A DNA stretch of 64,000 bases, taken from contig NC_058368.1 of NCBI RefSeq assembly GCF_018350175.1, positions 207,702,001 through 207,766,000 of the forward strand. The letters run 5' to 3'. The number at the start of each line of letters is the position of its first letter. Positions within the stretch are counted from its first letter, which is position 1. Of the stretch, positions 25,312 through 37,799 are shown in pieces. A program made the translations under genes and the position numbers. Below the pieces are notes generated by a model, which worked only from the letters and a program-made list of their open reading frames with translations, was not told the origin of the DNA and did no database searches. Source of the DNA: Felis catus (Eukaryota).

Positions 25312-25737
25312 ATAAATCTTAAAAATAAATAATGTGGGTCCTCTAACTTTGTTCTTCCTCAGTATTGTGTTGGCTATTCTACATTTTTTATCTTTCCGTA
25401 TCTTTAGAATCATTTCATTAACCTATAAAACAACTTCTTGAATAAGCTTTGGTATTTTGTATCTTTCAAAAAATTGGTCCATTTACCCTTTTAAATTCTG
25501 TAGGTTCTATAGTAACATCCTACCTTTCTCTTTTGATATTTATAATTTGTAGCCTCTTTCCTCTTTATCAGTCTGGCTAGAGATTTATCAATTGGTTATT
25601 TCAAAGAAACAGCTTTTGATTTCATTGATTTTTGCTGTTTTCTTATTCTTATTAGTTTCTGCACTTATTTTTTTTTTTTTATTGACTTTCCTTTACTTGC
25701 TTAGGATTTAATTGGCCATTCTTTTCCTAGTTTCCAT

Positions 25738-25824
25738 TTCTTTTATTTTTTTTTATTTTTTTTATTTTAGAGAGAAGCACATGCAAGCAGGGAAGAGGGG
25801 CAAAGGGAGAGACAGAGAGAAAGG

Positions 25825-25880
<56 letters not shown>

Positions 25881-26003
25881 CTTAAGCAGGCTTCATGCTC
25901 AGTGCAGAGCCTGACCCAGAGCTCAATCTCAGGAGCCTGGGATCACAGCCTGAACCAAAATCAAGAGTCGGCAGCTTAACCCAGTGAGCTACTGGGGTTC
26001 CCC
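25738..26003 (-). mobile_element. Older CAN-SINE with long (GA)n
   Basis: (GA)n at ~25829-25878 within the SINE body. Confidence 0.9.
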
Positions 26004-26469
26004 TTCCTGTTTTCTTAAGGTAGAAACTTAAACCATTGACTTGAGACCTTCCGTTTTTAATATGAACATTTAATGCTTTATTCCTCTGATTTAGCTACAT
26101 TCCAAAAATTTTGGAATGTTATATTGTCATTTCTATATAATTTGAAATACATTTTCCTTTACCTTTCAATTTCTGCTTTATTCAATGGGTTATTTAGGAG
26201 TGTGCCCTTTGCTGTTTAATTTCTAAATATTTGGGAATATTCTAGATACTTTTGTGTTGTTGAGTTTTAGTTTAGTTTTGTTATGGTCCAAGAATATGCT
26301 TTATATGATTTCAATTTTTCATATTTGTTAAAATTTGTTTTATGGTCTAGACTGCGGTTTATCTTGGTGAATATTACATTTGTACTCAAAAAGAATGGGT
26401 ATCTGCTGATGTTGACTGGATTTTTTTATAAATGTCAATAAGGTAAAGTGGTTGATAGCATTTTTCAGG

Positions 26470-26494
26470 TCTATCTATCTATCTATCTATCTAC
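26470..26494. repeat. (CTAT)n microsatellite
   Basis: About six CTAT units. Confidence 0.85.
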
Positions 26495-26937
26495 TTTTTG
26501 TTTTTGTCTATCCTTATGCCACTACTAGACTATCTTAATTACTACAGTTTGTAGTAAGTTTTGAAATCAGGAAGTATATAATTTACTTACTTTTAATATG
26601 ATCATGATGCAGGAATTTCCTAGAAATTTCCTAAGTAGCTATTTTTTATCCTCCTAATTATTGCATATCTTGAACTAATATTGCACTATTTCATATATAA
26701 TATTAGAAATTTGTAATAGTCCAATTTTGTCATACATTTTACTTCTATAATTTAAACACACAATACACTGTATTGCCTTTACTTTAAATGAGAAATTATC
26801 TAATAATTTATTTACCTATATATAAACTATTTTCTGCATTTTTTTGGCCATTCGTGTAGATCTGTATTTCCATCTGGTATTATTTCCCTTTAGTCTGCAG
26901 AACTTCCTTCAACATTTCTTTTAAAACACAATTTCTT

Positions 26938-27163
26938 GGGGCGGCTGGGTGGCGCAGTCGGTTAAGCGTCCGACTTCAGCCAGGTCACGATCTCAGGGTC
27001 TGTGAGTTCGAGCCCCGTGTCAGGCTCTGGGCTGATGGCTCAGAGCCTGGAGCCTGTTTCCGATTCTGTGTCTCCCTCTCTCTCTGCCCCTCCCCCGTTC
27101 ATGCTCTGTCTCTCTCTGTCCCAAAAATAAATAAAAATGTTGAAAAAAAAATTAAAAAAAAAT
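26938..27163 (+). mobile_element. Young felid CAN-SINE
   Basis: TSD AAAACACAATTTCTT at 26923-26937 and 27164-27178. Confidence 0.97.
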
Positions 27164-29649
27164 AAAACACAATTTCTTTATTTTACTTTCATTTTTGAAA
27201 TTGATTTTACCAGATATAGAATTCTAGATTGTAGGTATTTCTTTCCTTTTTCACTTTAAAAATGCCATCTGATTGCATTCTGGGTTTCTGACTGGAAGTC
27301 AACAGTAATTTTTATTATTGTTATCTATAGTTTATTTGTCGTTTGTTCTCTTCTCTGATCACTTTAAAGATGTATTTCTTTATCTTTGGTATTTGGCAGT
27401 TGGACTATTACATGCCTGGGAATGGTGTCCTTTGTGTTTATTTGTTTGTGATTCATTCGGCTTTTTTGGATCTGGGTCTTGATAGTTTTTATCAAATTTG
27501 GAACATTTCAGCCATGGTTACTTCAAATATTTTTTTTCTGCTATAATGTCTCCCTCCACTTCTCTTGGGACTCCAGTTTCACATATTTCAGACTGTTGGA
27601 TTTTTTTAAAATATGGTTCTCTTTTTTTTTTTTTTTCCAGGCTTTTTCTTCTTCATTCTTTCTATTGATCTGTCTTCAATCCCTTTTTTTGTGTGTCCAG
27701 TATGTGACCATCTAGTGGATTTTTACATTTTTGATATTGTATTTTTTATTTCTAGAACTTTCATGTGGTTCTTTTTTATGGTATGCATTTCTCTAGTAAG
27801 AGCCCCTGTTCGATCACTACTTATGTCCCACTTTTCTCTTGAATCTTTAACCATATTTACAAAATTCTGCTAATTTCTATGTCTGTGTTATTTCTCGGTC
27901 TATTTTTAAAGATTATTTTTCTCATGATGATGAATCACATTTTTCTCATTTTTCACATCTAATAAAATTCTTATGATATTTTTTACACTGTAAGTGCTAT
28001 GTGTTTGAGAGTCTGTATATTGTTGTTTTCTTTTTATTGGGTTTTCTCCTATTCATAATTTATTGGAAGATCAGCTTGATCATGTTGAGTCTTGATTTTA
28101 GGTTTTGCTTGAATATGTTTATAGTATTATAGTATTATTTTAGGCTAGTGTAGCTTTTCCCTAAGTTATGACCTTTTTGGTATCCCCATGCAAACCTTTC
28201 TTCTCTAAATTATTACCTTCTGGGGGTCTTAACTGAATGCTCATGGTGTTTACCAAAGTCCCCTTACTTGCTGAATAGAATTCTATTGTTTTTCATAATC
28301 TGCAACTTGTGGAATCTTCATTTAGTTCAGAGCCCCCAGGACCTGTTCCTGACAGGCCTCCCAGAATCTCACTCTCTTACTTACGCAGCTTAAAATTCAG
28401 CCAACTAATCAAGAGGATTTACAGAGAGATTTCTGGAGCTCCTACTCTGTACAGGTTCTTCCTCTCTGGTATTCTGCTCCTCCAATTTCAATTGCCTCCT
28501 TATCTCTGAACTTAAATCTTTCTTTCTTTTATCCTATGAAATGGCTGTTCTTTATTTGGTTTCCATAGTTTTGTGTTGTGTTTTGAAAGGTATCCCCAGG
28601 CAAAAAGCCAGAAAGAATGTGGAGGTCACCTTGTTTGTTTCTTTTGTCTCAAGGTCTCAGTGCCACACTACTATGCCTAGAAACAATCGTTCACATATTT
28701 TGTCTAAATTTATAATTGTTTATTATGGGAAAGTGAATTTAATACCCATTCTCCATCATGGATGAAATCAAATCCCTCATTAAAAATAATTCAGTTCCTT
28801 TATATTGTTTCTGATCAATATCTGAAGTCTGTGAGTTATAATTTTTATTTCTACTGATTTTTCCTTATGGTGACTTTTTCCTTTCAGTTTGATGATCTTT
28901 GAAAATGAACTTTTACTTGTTTGATCTTAATTTGTGAAGAGCCTGGGAGCTGATAATCATGCGTACTTTTCTCCAGAAAAGATTTTGTAATTGCTGCTTC
29001 TGGAAGCCAGGGGGCACTACTAACCTGAGTCCACTTTGGTCCACTTCTAGGATCCTGGGCTTAAGGCACTAGTCTCATGTTTTGCTTTTCTACCTCTGGT
29101 AGTGGCTTAGTTTTCAGATCTTGGGTATACAAGTGGCAGTGCCCTCTAGATAGTTCTGCTTTTCCAGTTTTGTATTTTGACACTGTTCCTCTAATTCTAG
29201 TATACTGTTTTGTTTTTATGTTTTTTGGTGGAGGAATTTTGGAGATTTTCTGTAGCGAAAGAAGGAAAGAAACGAAAGATTGATATATATTATGTAGATT
29301 TAACAATTGAGCTATCATTTGGTCAATAAGTAAAATTAGCACGAGTTCTATAAGGTATCCTGAGGGAAGACTGGGAGTTCTGCCACTCTGCGGAGTTACA
29401 ACACTTTCCTGAAAATTTTTTCCACTTGGGTAAATGGCCATGTATTATATCCAGGTAAGTGGATTTAAGGGGCATATTTTAAACTATACTTTATCGAATG
29501 GAAACGTGGCTTAAAAAGAATATTGCAAAGAAATTGTGTGTATGCAATGTAAGTAATAAAAGCACACAGTTTTAAAATGTGTAAGATCAGATTCGTCTAC
29601 TCCTGATAGTAGCACTTTATCAACATGATTAGAAGGAAAAAGCAGTGGC

Positions 29650-31448
29650 AATGGAATCAGATGTCACCCCAAATTTTTTAAAATGTAAATTAAGATTATG
29701 GATTATGAATTTATGTAGATTATCTTTACTATTAGTTGGGTCTCAGTGTATATTGTTCCTTGAGATGGTAGTTAATGGTAGTATAAAGCTATCTGATTAG
29801 CAAAATATTTAAAAATAAATATTCAGAATAGGAAGGTAATTTTCTGTATTTCCTCAATGATGTTAGATGTCATGTATTATTGAACCCCATCCTTCGCAAA
29901 AAGAGAAACATTCTTAGCAACAGAAAAACACATACCTATCAGTGAGGAATATAGTGGCATTTCCTGCTATGGTAAAAAATGGCTGAGAAAAAACACAAAG
30001 AAAAAAATTTGCTGCAATCCTATTGGCCAACCAAGACAGAAAAAGGTAAAAAAAAAAACCAAAAAACTCTGAAAAGTTAAAGAAAAAGGTACTTGAACAA
30101 AACGCATTATGGAAGCTTTGCTATGCAATTGGATAGAAGCCTGGACACTTGTACACTTGGCTTAGTTTATGGTATTCGTTGAATTCTGTTCAGTAATGAA
30201 AATACACAGATCGCTACTCTTTTTCTGCACCACCAAAGATGTATCAAAGAAAGCATGTCCTTATCAATAAACAACATCCTTAATAAAAGCAGCATTTTGT
30301 GAAAAATAGATGAGGTCATTTCTGTAAATGCAAATTTAAAAGGTATTCACAGAAGAGCAGAGAGAGTACCACATACGATACTTTTATGTAATAAAGACCT
30401 TTAACACATAGCTTAATTTTCAGACACCCTGAGAAGAGAAAGTGACTATGGCAATCTTGTGTACCGTGCAGATATTTACCGTGTATTTAGTGGTAAACTG
30501 GTTTTCATGATGATTGGCGGCTTGTTCTCTATCCATTAGTACCATGTTATCTAACGGATGTTCTAAAAATATTAAATTTAATCTTTCTCTTCAAGGTATA
30601 TGTGTTAACAATAATTAAGAATCTTACTACTTTTCAAAAGAAATTTGTGCTAGGAAGGGAGCATTTAGAAAGTAAATATTTGGAAGCATTTCTAGAGGTT
30701 TTTTTTTTCCTGAACTCATTTAAAAATATGAATGTGTCAACTTACATATGTTTTTATAACTACTCACTTAAAAATCATGGAAACACAGTTTTCTAACCTG
30801 TTGAAAATCTTTCTGATGAAGAGCTTTGAAACCATTTTGAAATCATTTGCTAAAAATTTCTAAATGTCATGCCTTCCAGTTTGCTACAAAAATGGATTGA
30901 CATTAGGGAAGACGGACATTTATTGGCCACATTACATAAAAAACCCTTGATTGTGGAATTGAAAAACAACTGTTATGGGTTAGAAACTTTAGCCAGTAGA
31001 CTAGTTCTTCCATTTTTAAAAAACTGTTTCTTGTGAGCCACTAAAACCAAACATCCCAAAAAACTCTTCTTAGGACTGGACTTTTGAATTTCTATATCAT
31101 AAAGTATTTAACAAGAAATGTAAAAAATAGTAAAGTATATTCAACCCCATTGTTTTTATTAGTGTCATTAGGAAAGTAACATTAAAATTAACTTTAACCA
31201 TTTTTATTTCATCTTTTATATTTTATGTCTTATTTAATAAAAAAAGTAGGGGTGCCCGGCTGACTTAGTTGGTGGAGCATGCGACACTTGATCTCAGGGT
31301 TGTAAGTTCAAGCTCCATGTTGGGTGTAGAGATTACTTAAAAATAACATCATTAAAAAAAAAAAAAGTAAATACACGTGTATTGGAGTGTGGGCAAAAAT
31401 GTTCTTTTTAAAATGATGAGATGCACAAGTAATTTGGTAGATCCATTG
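29650..31448 (+). mobile_element. Fossil hAT-Charlie/Buster transposon with decayed transposase (Charlie7-like)
   Basis: Broken frames read FAMQLD (~30117), CYLTDV..LNLSLQG (~30545-30597), TFQKKFVLGREH (ORF 30602-30796) and IDIREDG (~30897), matching Buster/ZBED5-type transposase motifs in order. Confidence 0.75.
31249..31358 (+). mobile_element. Short CAN-SINE
   Basis: TSD AAAAAAGTA. Confidence 0.88.
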
Positions 31449-31772
31449 CTTAAGAAACTATTATCATGAAATATTAATTTCATTGTAATTTAGAATAGCC
31501 AGGAAATTTTCTCTAAAATAATTTTTCTTAAAAAAATTGTACAATTAAAATTTGTTCAGGACAGTTAAAGTGAACAAGATAAAAAAACACTCAAAATTCT
31601 ACCAACCAAAGATAATCACTGTTGAAATTTTAGTGCATACCGTTCCACATTTTATTTTCTGTATATATGTTATCTCTTCTTTCACAAACATAGGCTCATA
31701 CTCTATTTAAAACTGCTTTTATAGAGTGCCTTTATACCTTACAGAATTTTTTGTTAATGAAATTTACAAGAG

Positions 31773-31870
31773 ATTTTGGGACACAAATTAAAATTTAAAG
31801 GAACAATACTAAGAAACGACTTCCTGCTATTTTGAGACAGAGATTAAAATTTAAAGCAACAATGCTTAGA
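31773..31870. repeat. Imperfect direct repeat, ~42 bp unit, period 56
   Basis: ATTTTGGGACACAAATTAAAATTTAAAGGAACAATACTAAGA vs ATTTTGAGACAGAGATTAAAATTTAAAGCAACAATGCTTAGA. Confidence 0.8.
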
Positions 31871-32049
31871 GGTAAACAACACCAGGGCTGAATCATCATA
31901 GGCAACACTATGCAGGATTCCAGCATGTTTGATTTAGTCCATAGCCTGTCATTTTAATGTTCTTTATCTAGATTTTAAATGTGTGATTTAACTCTGAAGA
32001 GAAATTACCAAAAAAAACCAGACTGACTAAATGCTGTGGTTTTCGACTT

Positions 32050-33100
32050 GCTTTATCTTCGTATGGCCTATGTACTAAGGCAAATAGATAAAGGGAACTA
32101 AGATTTTGGCAAGGTTTTTTTCTGTTCAACATTATCTCTGTATCTGAAACTGGTAATATTTGGTTTATAAACCAGACTTATTACCTTTGTGTAACAGGAT
32201 AGAAAATAGAACCCAGATAATGATTATCAATGGAGTCACTGTATCTTCAGAATCAGTTATCTCTCAGAGGTGTGGTCCTGGACCCAATCTCATATAACAT
32301 TTTTTATCAGTGACTAATACTATGAGAAAAGGACATTCATTCACACAGCAAATGAAACCTAGTTGGGAAATGAAAACTAAGAAGCAGAAGTTAAATTCTC
32401 AATGACCAGATTAGAATCAAAATGACCCGGAAAATTGGAGAAGTAGTAAGAAGGAAACAAAATGAGTAAAACATAGGGGTGGGCTAAAATAAATAAGGAA
32501 GAAAAACAAGTTTCAAAAAGAGGAATGGCTAGCTATTGGCAAGTATAGAAGATAACTTGGAGATTTTAACAAACAGCACACTGAGTAGAATCAATAATGC
32601 ATTGTTTAAAAAGCAAACACACCATTGTGAAATGTATTCTTTACTGAAATTTACCTAAACTCCTGCTTCCCAGTTGAGTGTCATTTGCAAACACTAAGAA
32701 TGTTTTTTTTACCAGAAAGACTATTATTCACCTTAAAAACAAAGGGGAGGAACGCAGCCACTTACATGACTGAGATAGTAATAGAAGAAAAAGTAGTTTC
32801 AATGTAAGACTGGAGAAAAATGATCTTTTTTCCTACTGGAAGAGACGGAATAAGTGAATAATGATCTTTAAATAGGAATGTATAGTTATAAAGATGAAAG
32901 GCTGTTAGATTCAGACTTTCACTTACTGTAAGTAATTTAAAAGTGGATCAGTTTTACTCAATTTTCATGAAAGAATGAAAGAGAAAATGAAGTTAAATTG
33001 TATTAGGAAGGAGCTAATTTAGAATAAATAGGGACACAATAAAAAGGGTTGGTTGAAAATTGAAACAGTTCTAAGAACCTGGTAGAATTTACATTGATAG
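32050..33100 (+). mobile_element. Ancient CR1/L3 LINE reverse-transcriptase remnant
   Basis: GTGGTCCTGGACCCAATCTCATATAACATTTTTTATCAGTGAC resembles the VLGPVLFNIFINDL segment; GCAAATGAAACCTAGTTGGGA resembles ADDTKLG. Confidence 0.6.
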
Positions 33101-35031
33101 ATTTCTACTTCTCTGAAATGGTGAAATGTAATACATGGAGGGATGAAATGCAAATGTTTAATGTCCTCACCAGACCTTAAAATTTTGTGATTTTTGCCTA
33201 AAGCTGTAACTAGAATAAATAATTTTGCACCACGACCTGAAAGCTATAAAAGCAAGAGCAAGTATGTTGTTATCAAAATTACTACTGGTTGAGTCAGGAG
33301 ACATTTTTAAAAAGTAATTTAATTGGGTTGCATCCTTGAATACAAGGGCAATATCGGGAACAGATATCTGATTGCAGACCTAATAAGGGCGGGGGGGGGG
33401 GGGGGAAGGCAGGAAAATACAGACAGAATAGTATCCCAAGGAAGTAGTGTTTCTCTTTTTTTCTTGATGATGTTACTCTATGCTGCTTTTATTTTTCTTT
33501 TTATAACTCTCATTTATTTTACACTAGATATATATTAAGTATAAGACGTTTAAAAAGTATAGACAGCAAACAAGAACAGAAACCATATGTGTAATTCCAC
33601 AACTGAAAGGGAAAAAAAACATTTTGATGTATATCTTCTCAGACTCTTTTCTATGTACACATATATGTAAAATAATTTATAATGTATAATTTTAATTTGA
33701 TATGTATTTTAAACGTTTATAAAAAGGGAACTTTGTAATCTCTTGCTTGATTTAAAATCATGAACATTATTTTCTATAAATATACCAGACCTATATCATT
33801 TGATGGTTGTAATGATTTGCATAATCTCTACCTGTGGTCAATTGTGTTTCCAATTGATCACTATTACTGACAACGGCAATTATATCTCCAATATTGCTTT
33901 CTCTTCACATTAAAGAGGGCATTGGAACAATGCCGATTATTTATTTAACGCTTATTTATCCTGGCCACTGCATTAAGTGTCAGAAGAGATGTGGTTAAAG
34001 CAAGATCTCCACTGTTTAACTTCTAGTCTCACGTAGAAAGACAAATAGAGGAACAGGAGACAACACTCACCCTCTCTTTAGTCTACTAAAGAGTTTAAAG
34101 TTGCTGGGTCAGGGGCTGGGTGTATATATACTAGCTGGGAAAAGTTTCTAGAACTGAAATCTCTACAGCTAATAATTATTAGGTCTATGTATAAAACATG
34201 TTAATCCACAACATCTACATTAGTCAGTGTTCAGAAGCTACACAGACAGAAAACCCGACACAGCCCTCAGCTGCGTCTGCTTGGTTCCAGGCAGAGGAAA
34301 CCCTCTCCCCGGGCCTCCCGGCGCCCGCGCGTGCGCGGGAACCATCCCACCCACCGCCCCAGACGACCACCCTGCACTCCTTGGCTTCTTAATCCCCTTC
34401 TCCTGGTCTGCGCTAGGCGGTCAAAAACAAAACGTCCACCAGACCACTTCCTCTCAGAGGAGTTCTCCTGGCTGAGTGTGGTTTTGAAGATCAAGTGCAA
34501 GGCTGCTTAGCACGGTGGTCAGAGCTAGGGTGGAAAACAAACTTTGTTACATGTGAACTTGGTTGGAGCAAAGCGACTTCTAGGAAGGGATTTGAGTTAC
34601 GTTAAAACTGCGCGCAGCGTTGTTGTTGTTGTTTTCTTTCTTTCTTTTAAGTAAACATCGTTTTAACTGATGAATAAGGAAGGGGGCTTGAAAGCAAGCC
34701 GGAGAATCAGGCAGGATGGTTTCCGCAGGTGGCCGGTCGGCCGCATCCCGGCCTCCTCCCAGCTCGCCCCGGCTCTGATTACAGTTTCCGCGGCACTGGA
34801 GGGGAAGCATCCTCCACGCTGCAAACTCTCATCAATGGGATTCCCCTCGTGGGAAATGCCATCTCCCAGCCGACATGCTCTCGGAGGGCCACGCGCGTCA
34901 CCGCGACCTCGCGCACTCCGGTGGACGGACGTGTGAGCGCGCCGCGAGCTGCACAGGAGACCCCAGCTTGGCCCCGCGCTCCCTCCACGCCCGGGGCTCA
35001 GTCGGCACCACCCGCCGCCTGCCGCCGCGGA

Positions 35032-35144
35032 GGGGCGGGGGAGATGCCGCGGGGGGCGGGCGCGGCGCGCGGGGAGGGGAAGGGGTTCTCGCGCGATTGG
35101 GCGAGGTTTCCGGTGTTGTGACTGAAACCCGTCAATATGGCGGC
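35032..35144 (+). promoter_or_regulatory. RICTOR: RICTOR TATA-less core promoter
   Basis: GC boxes GGGGCGGGG 35032-35040 and GGGGCGGG ~35053-35060; TCTCGCGCGA 35087-35096; inverted CCAAT (ATTGG 35096-35100); ETS-like TTTCCGGT 35107-35114; YY1-like AATATGGCGGC over the ATG. Confidence 0.75.
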
Positions 35145-35185
35145 GATCGGCCGCGGCCGCTCGCTAAAGAACCTCCGAATACGAG
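35137..35185 (+). CDS. RICTOR: RICTOR coding exon 1: MAAIGRGRSLKNLRIR(G)
   Basis: ATG at 35137, 49 nt, GAG|GTAAG donor. The peptide is recognisable as the RICTOR N-terminus, and RICTOR is the known neighbour of FYB1. Confidence 0.97.
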
Positions 35186-35356
35186 GTAAGCCCGCTGCAA
35201 CCCTCACCCCCCGCCGCCTGGGGCCCGCGACCCCTGGCCCTTGCCTCCCCCTGGCCCTGGGCAGGCGGAGCGATTAGGGGCGCTGGCCGGAGCCAGGGCT
35301 GCCGCCGCTGGCCTGCGAACGAATCCTAATTGGAGCTGTGTGTCTGTTTCGTGCAG

Positions 35357-35404
35357 GGCGGAATGACAGCGGCGAGGAGAACGTCCCGCTGGATCTGACC
35401 CGAG
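35357..35404 (+). CDS. RICTOR: RICTOR coding exon 2, 48 nt: (G)RNDSGEENVPLDLTR(E)
   Basis: CTAAT branch-like motif 35326-35330, TGCAG acceptor, GAG|GTAACG donor. In frame with exon 1 across a 171-nt intron. Confidence 0.97.
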
Positions 35405-37799
35405 GTAACGTGGGGCGCCGCGGGCGCCGGCGAGGGCGCGCTGCTGGGGAGGAGCTGGGGCCCGGGGGCAGGGGGCAGGGGCGGGCCCCGCACGGGACCC
35501 GCGGGGGTGCGGGAGGCAGAGCCCGAGCCCCGCCTGCTGGCCCGCAGGAGCGGAGCCCGGGGCCGCCTCCCGGGACCCATCCCCCTTCCCGATGCCCGCT
35601 TTCCTCGCCCCGCGCCCTTCTCCGGGCCTCTGGGTGCGGCGGGTGCCGGGGAACGCCGAGCGGGACTCGGCGGAGCCGGTGACCCTCTGGGTTGCCTGGA
35701 CCCCCGAGGGAGCGTTTAACTCCCATCCCGGAGCTCGTGCAGCCATTCGCCCGGAGGCGGCCGGCGGGAGGTAGAGGCTGTTATTTAGGTTGCCGGAGGA
35801 TGTCTGAGGGAAGAGCGACCACATCCTGCCCTACCCGTCCCCCAGAGCAGAAGCCGGACCTGCTGGGTTCTGCTGCCTGCGTGACTGCTTTTCTCTTTGC
35901 CCACCGCTCTGGGGGACCCGGAGCATTGATAACTCGGTAGTGAAACCTAGAGTCAGTGACTGTGGCTAAGTGTCTGGTTTACGCTGTAGTTCATTCCCGT
36001 TTCCCTTTCCCGGGCGGCTGGGACTGTAGTTGGCAAAGACCGCCCCCTCACCCTCGCTGCAGGTTCATTGTTTACCTTCTGCAGTGGCGATGGGTTTGTT
36101 TACACCTTCGGAACTGGGCGAACCCCGGTTGTATTTTTAAGGACCTAATCCTGCTGCTGGCCAGTGTATCTTCTGTTAGGCACCGTACTGGACTTTATTC
36201 GACAATACCTGGCGGAAGATTTAGTAGTTATATACACGGTTTTTCTTTTTTCTTCCACGGTAAACAGGATCTGGTCTGCTGATTGCGAAGAAGTCATATT
36301 TCACACCGGCTGTAGCATAGAGTGTAAAGTGGTTCAGCTGTACAGAGTCAGTTTCCTTTTTTGAGATCCGAAAAACACTTTAGGATGTTAAAAAGAAAAG
36401 TCATAAACATTCTATAAAAAATAAAAAATTTAACCTACGTTCTATTTGACGTAGTGACTTATCTAAAGTATTTGTCAGACGCGGGCTCCCTGTTGAGGCT
36501 CATCTCTGGTATTTAAGGCATTGTCTAATTTGTTTTATTTTGTATGTCAAAGTGTAAGATAACTTATTAACTAAACGTCTACTTTTCATTTAGCTACAAG
36601 AGTGCATTTTTGTAAGAACATTTTATTCTGAAAGTTCAGGGACTTTGTTTTGGGTGAACTAGGCACTGGTGTGAACAGGCAGAAAGATTTCTACTAATGC
36701 ACTAAATTGGAACATTTTTTCCCCAGCGAATTGGGTTTGAGTGTTAGTGTAGAAAGATGTAAAGCTTTTGACTTTTGTGTAACAGTTTGGAAACTTGACT
36801 GTATATATAACAAACACACTTGGAAAATCTGATAAAATATATGTGGGAAAAGATTTTCTAGTAAATTTCTTAACAAAATTCCTACAGGGCTTAACATTAG
36901 CATTTGAGTTCTGTAACAGGTATACTTTATTGATTTAATTTCTACATGAGCATATGTGTTTAGATGGAGGTGAAAAGAGCATTTATTAGATAGATCTTCT
37001 GTCTTAATGTTCTCATTAAAAACCTGTTTGGATGTGGTACTAGAAATAAATTGTATTTGTGCTTTAAATTGAGTTTGCAGAACTTCTGTGTATAGTGATT
37101 TCTGTGGCTGGTATCGGAAGTTTAGTTTGTATAAGAGCTTATGTGCAAATTTGATACCTTTGATTTACTTCAGTCTTACTCAAGTACACAGATAACTCTG
37201 TATGTTTGGCATTTAAAATGTTATGCTCCCTGGACAATTAGTGAACACCTATGTCAATAGGTATTTTCAAGATAATGCAAAAAGTAGAAAATGCTATTTC
37301 TGCTTGCCTTGACAAAATATACTTCAGTTTGAAATATACACAGCCAGTTGAACCTGATTGCAAAAGGCGTATGCAAGTAAGAGAGGTTATATGAGATTTA
37401 TTCCTAAATCCTAAGGAAGTTTAGAATAAAAAAAGTAATCTCAGATTCATTATATAGGGAAGCTATTGTTCAAGAAACTGCTATTCTGACAGTCATGTCA
37501 TTGTTAAAAGAAGATTTGTGGATCTAAAGACGTCTCGCGGATCTAATGTGAAGAAAGTTCAGGAGGAATTATACTTTAGTAATAATTTGAGAATTATAGG
37601 CAGTCTGAGTTGCAGCTGAAGGGCGGCTGTTTGTGTATTGGATTACTGTATGTTTTAGGTTAAGTTTGGGTAACCAGAACTACTTGTTTTTAATGTGAAG
37701 GCAGTGTTTGCTCTCTTTTTAATTGTTTTTATGTTGTAACCTTTGAGAAATTCTTTGTGTAGCTGTCTCACACAGTTCATTGTTATTCCAAAAGGAACC

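Larger units (their letters stand above)
24595..29000 (-). mobile_element. Patchwork of old L1M fragments with SINE insertions
   Basis: ORF2-like antisense text (GGTGTCATATCTAAGAAATCTTTGCC; ATCCATTTTGAGTTAATTTTT); ORF 25108-25413 begins CRIANTILRKNKVRGPTL (L1 ORF2-like). Confidence 0.7.
34300..36150. promoter_or_regulatory. RICTOR: CpG island spanning the RICTOR promoter, exons 1-2 and the start of intron 2
   Basis: Abrupt rise in GC and CpG density against the AT-rich, CpG-depleted flanks. Confidence 0.95.

Noticed and set aside
35044..35121. Upstream ATG / uORF ending just before the RICTOR start
   Set aside because: It lies among the promoter motifs, probably upstream of the TSS, so it is unlikely to be in the mRNA. 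CAGE would settle this.
35204..35824. 206-aa antisense ORF and other overlapping ORFs in the CpG island
   Set aside because: Ala/Gly/Pro/Arg low-complexity translations in several frames are expected where stop codons are rare; no recognisable domain.
36019..36031. ZNF143-associated ACTACA..TCCCA motif
   Set aside because: Spacing is one base shorter than the consensus.
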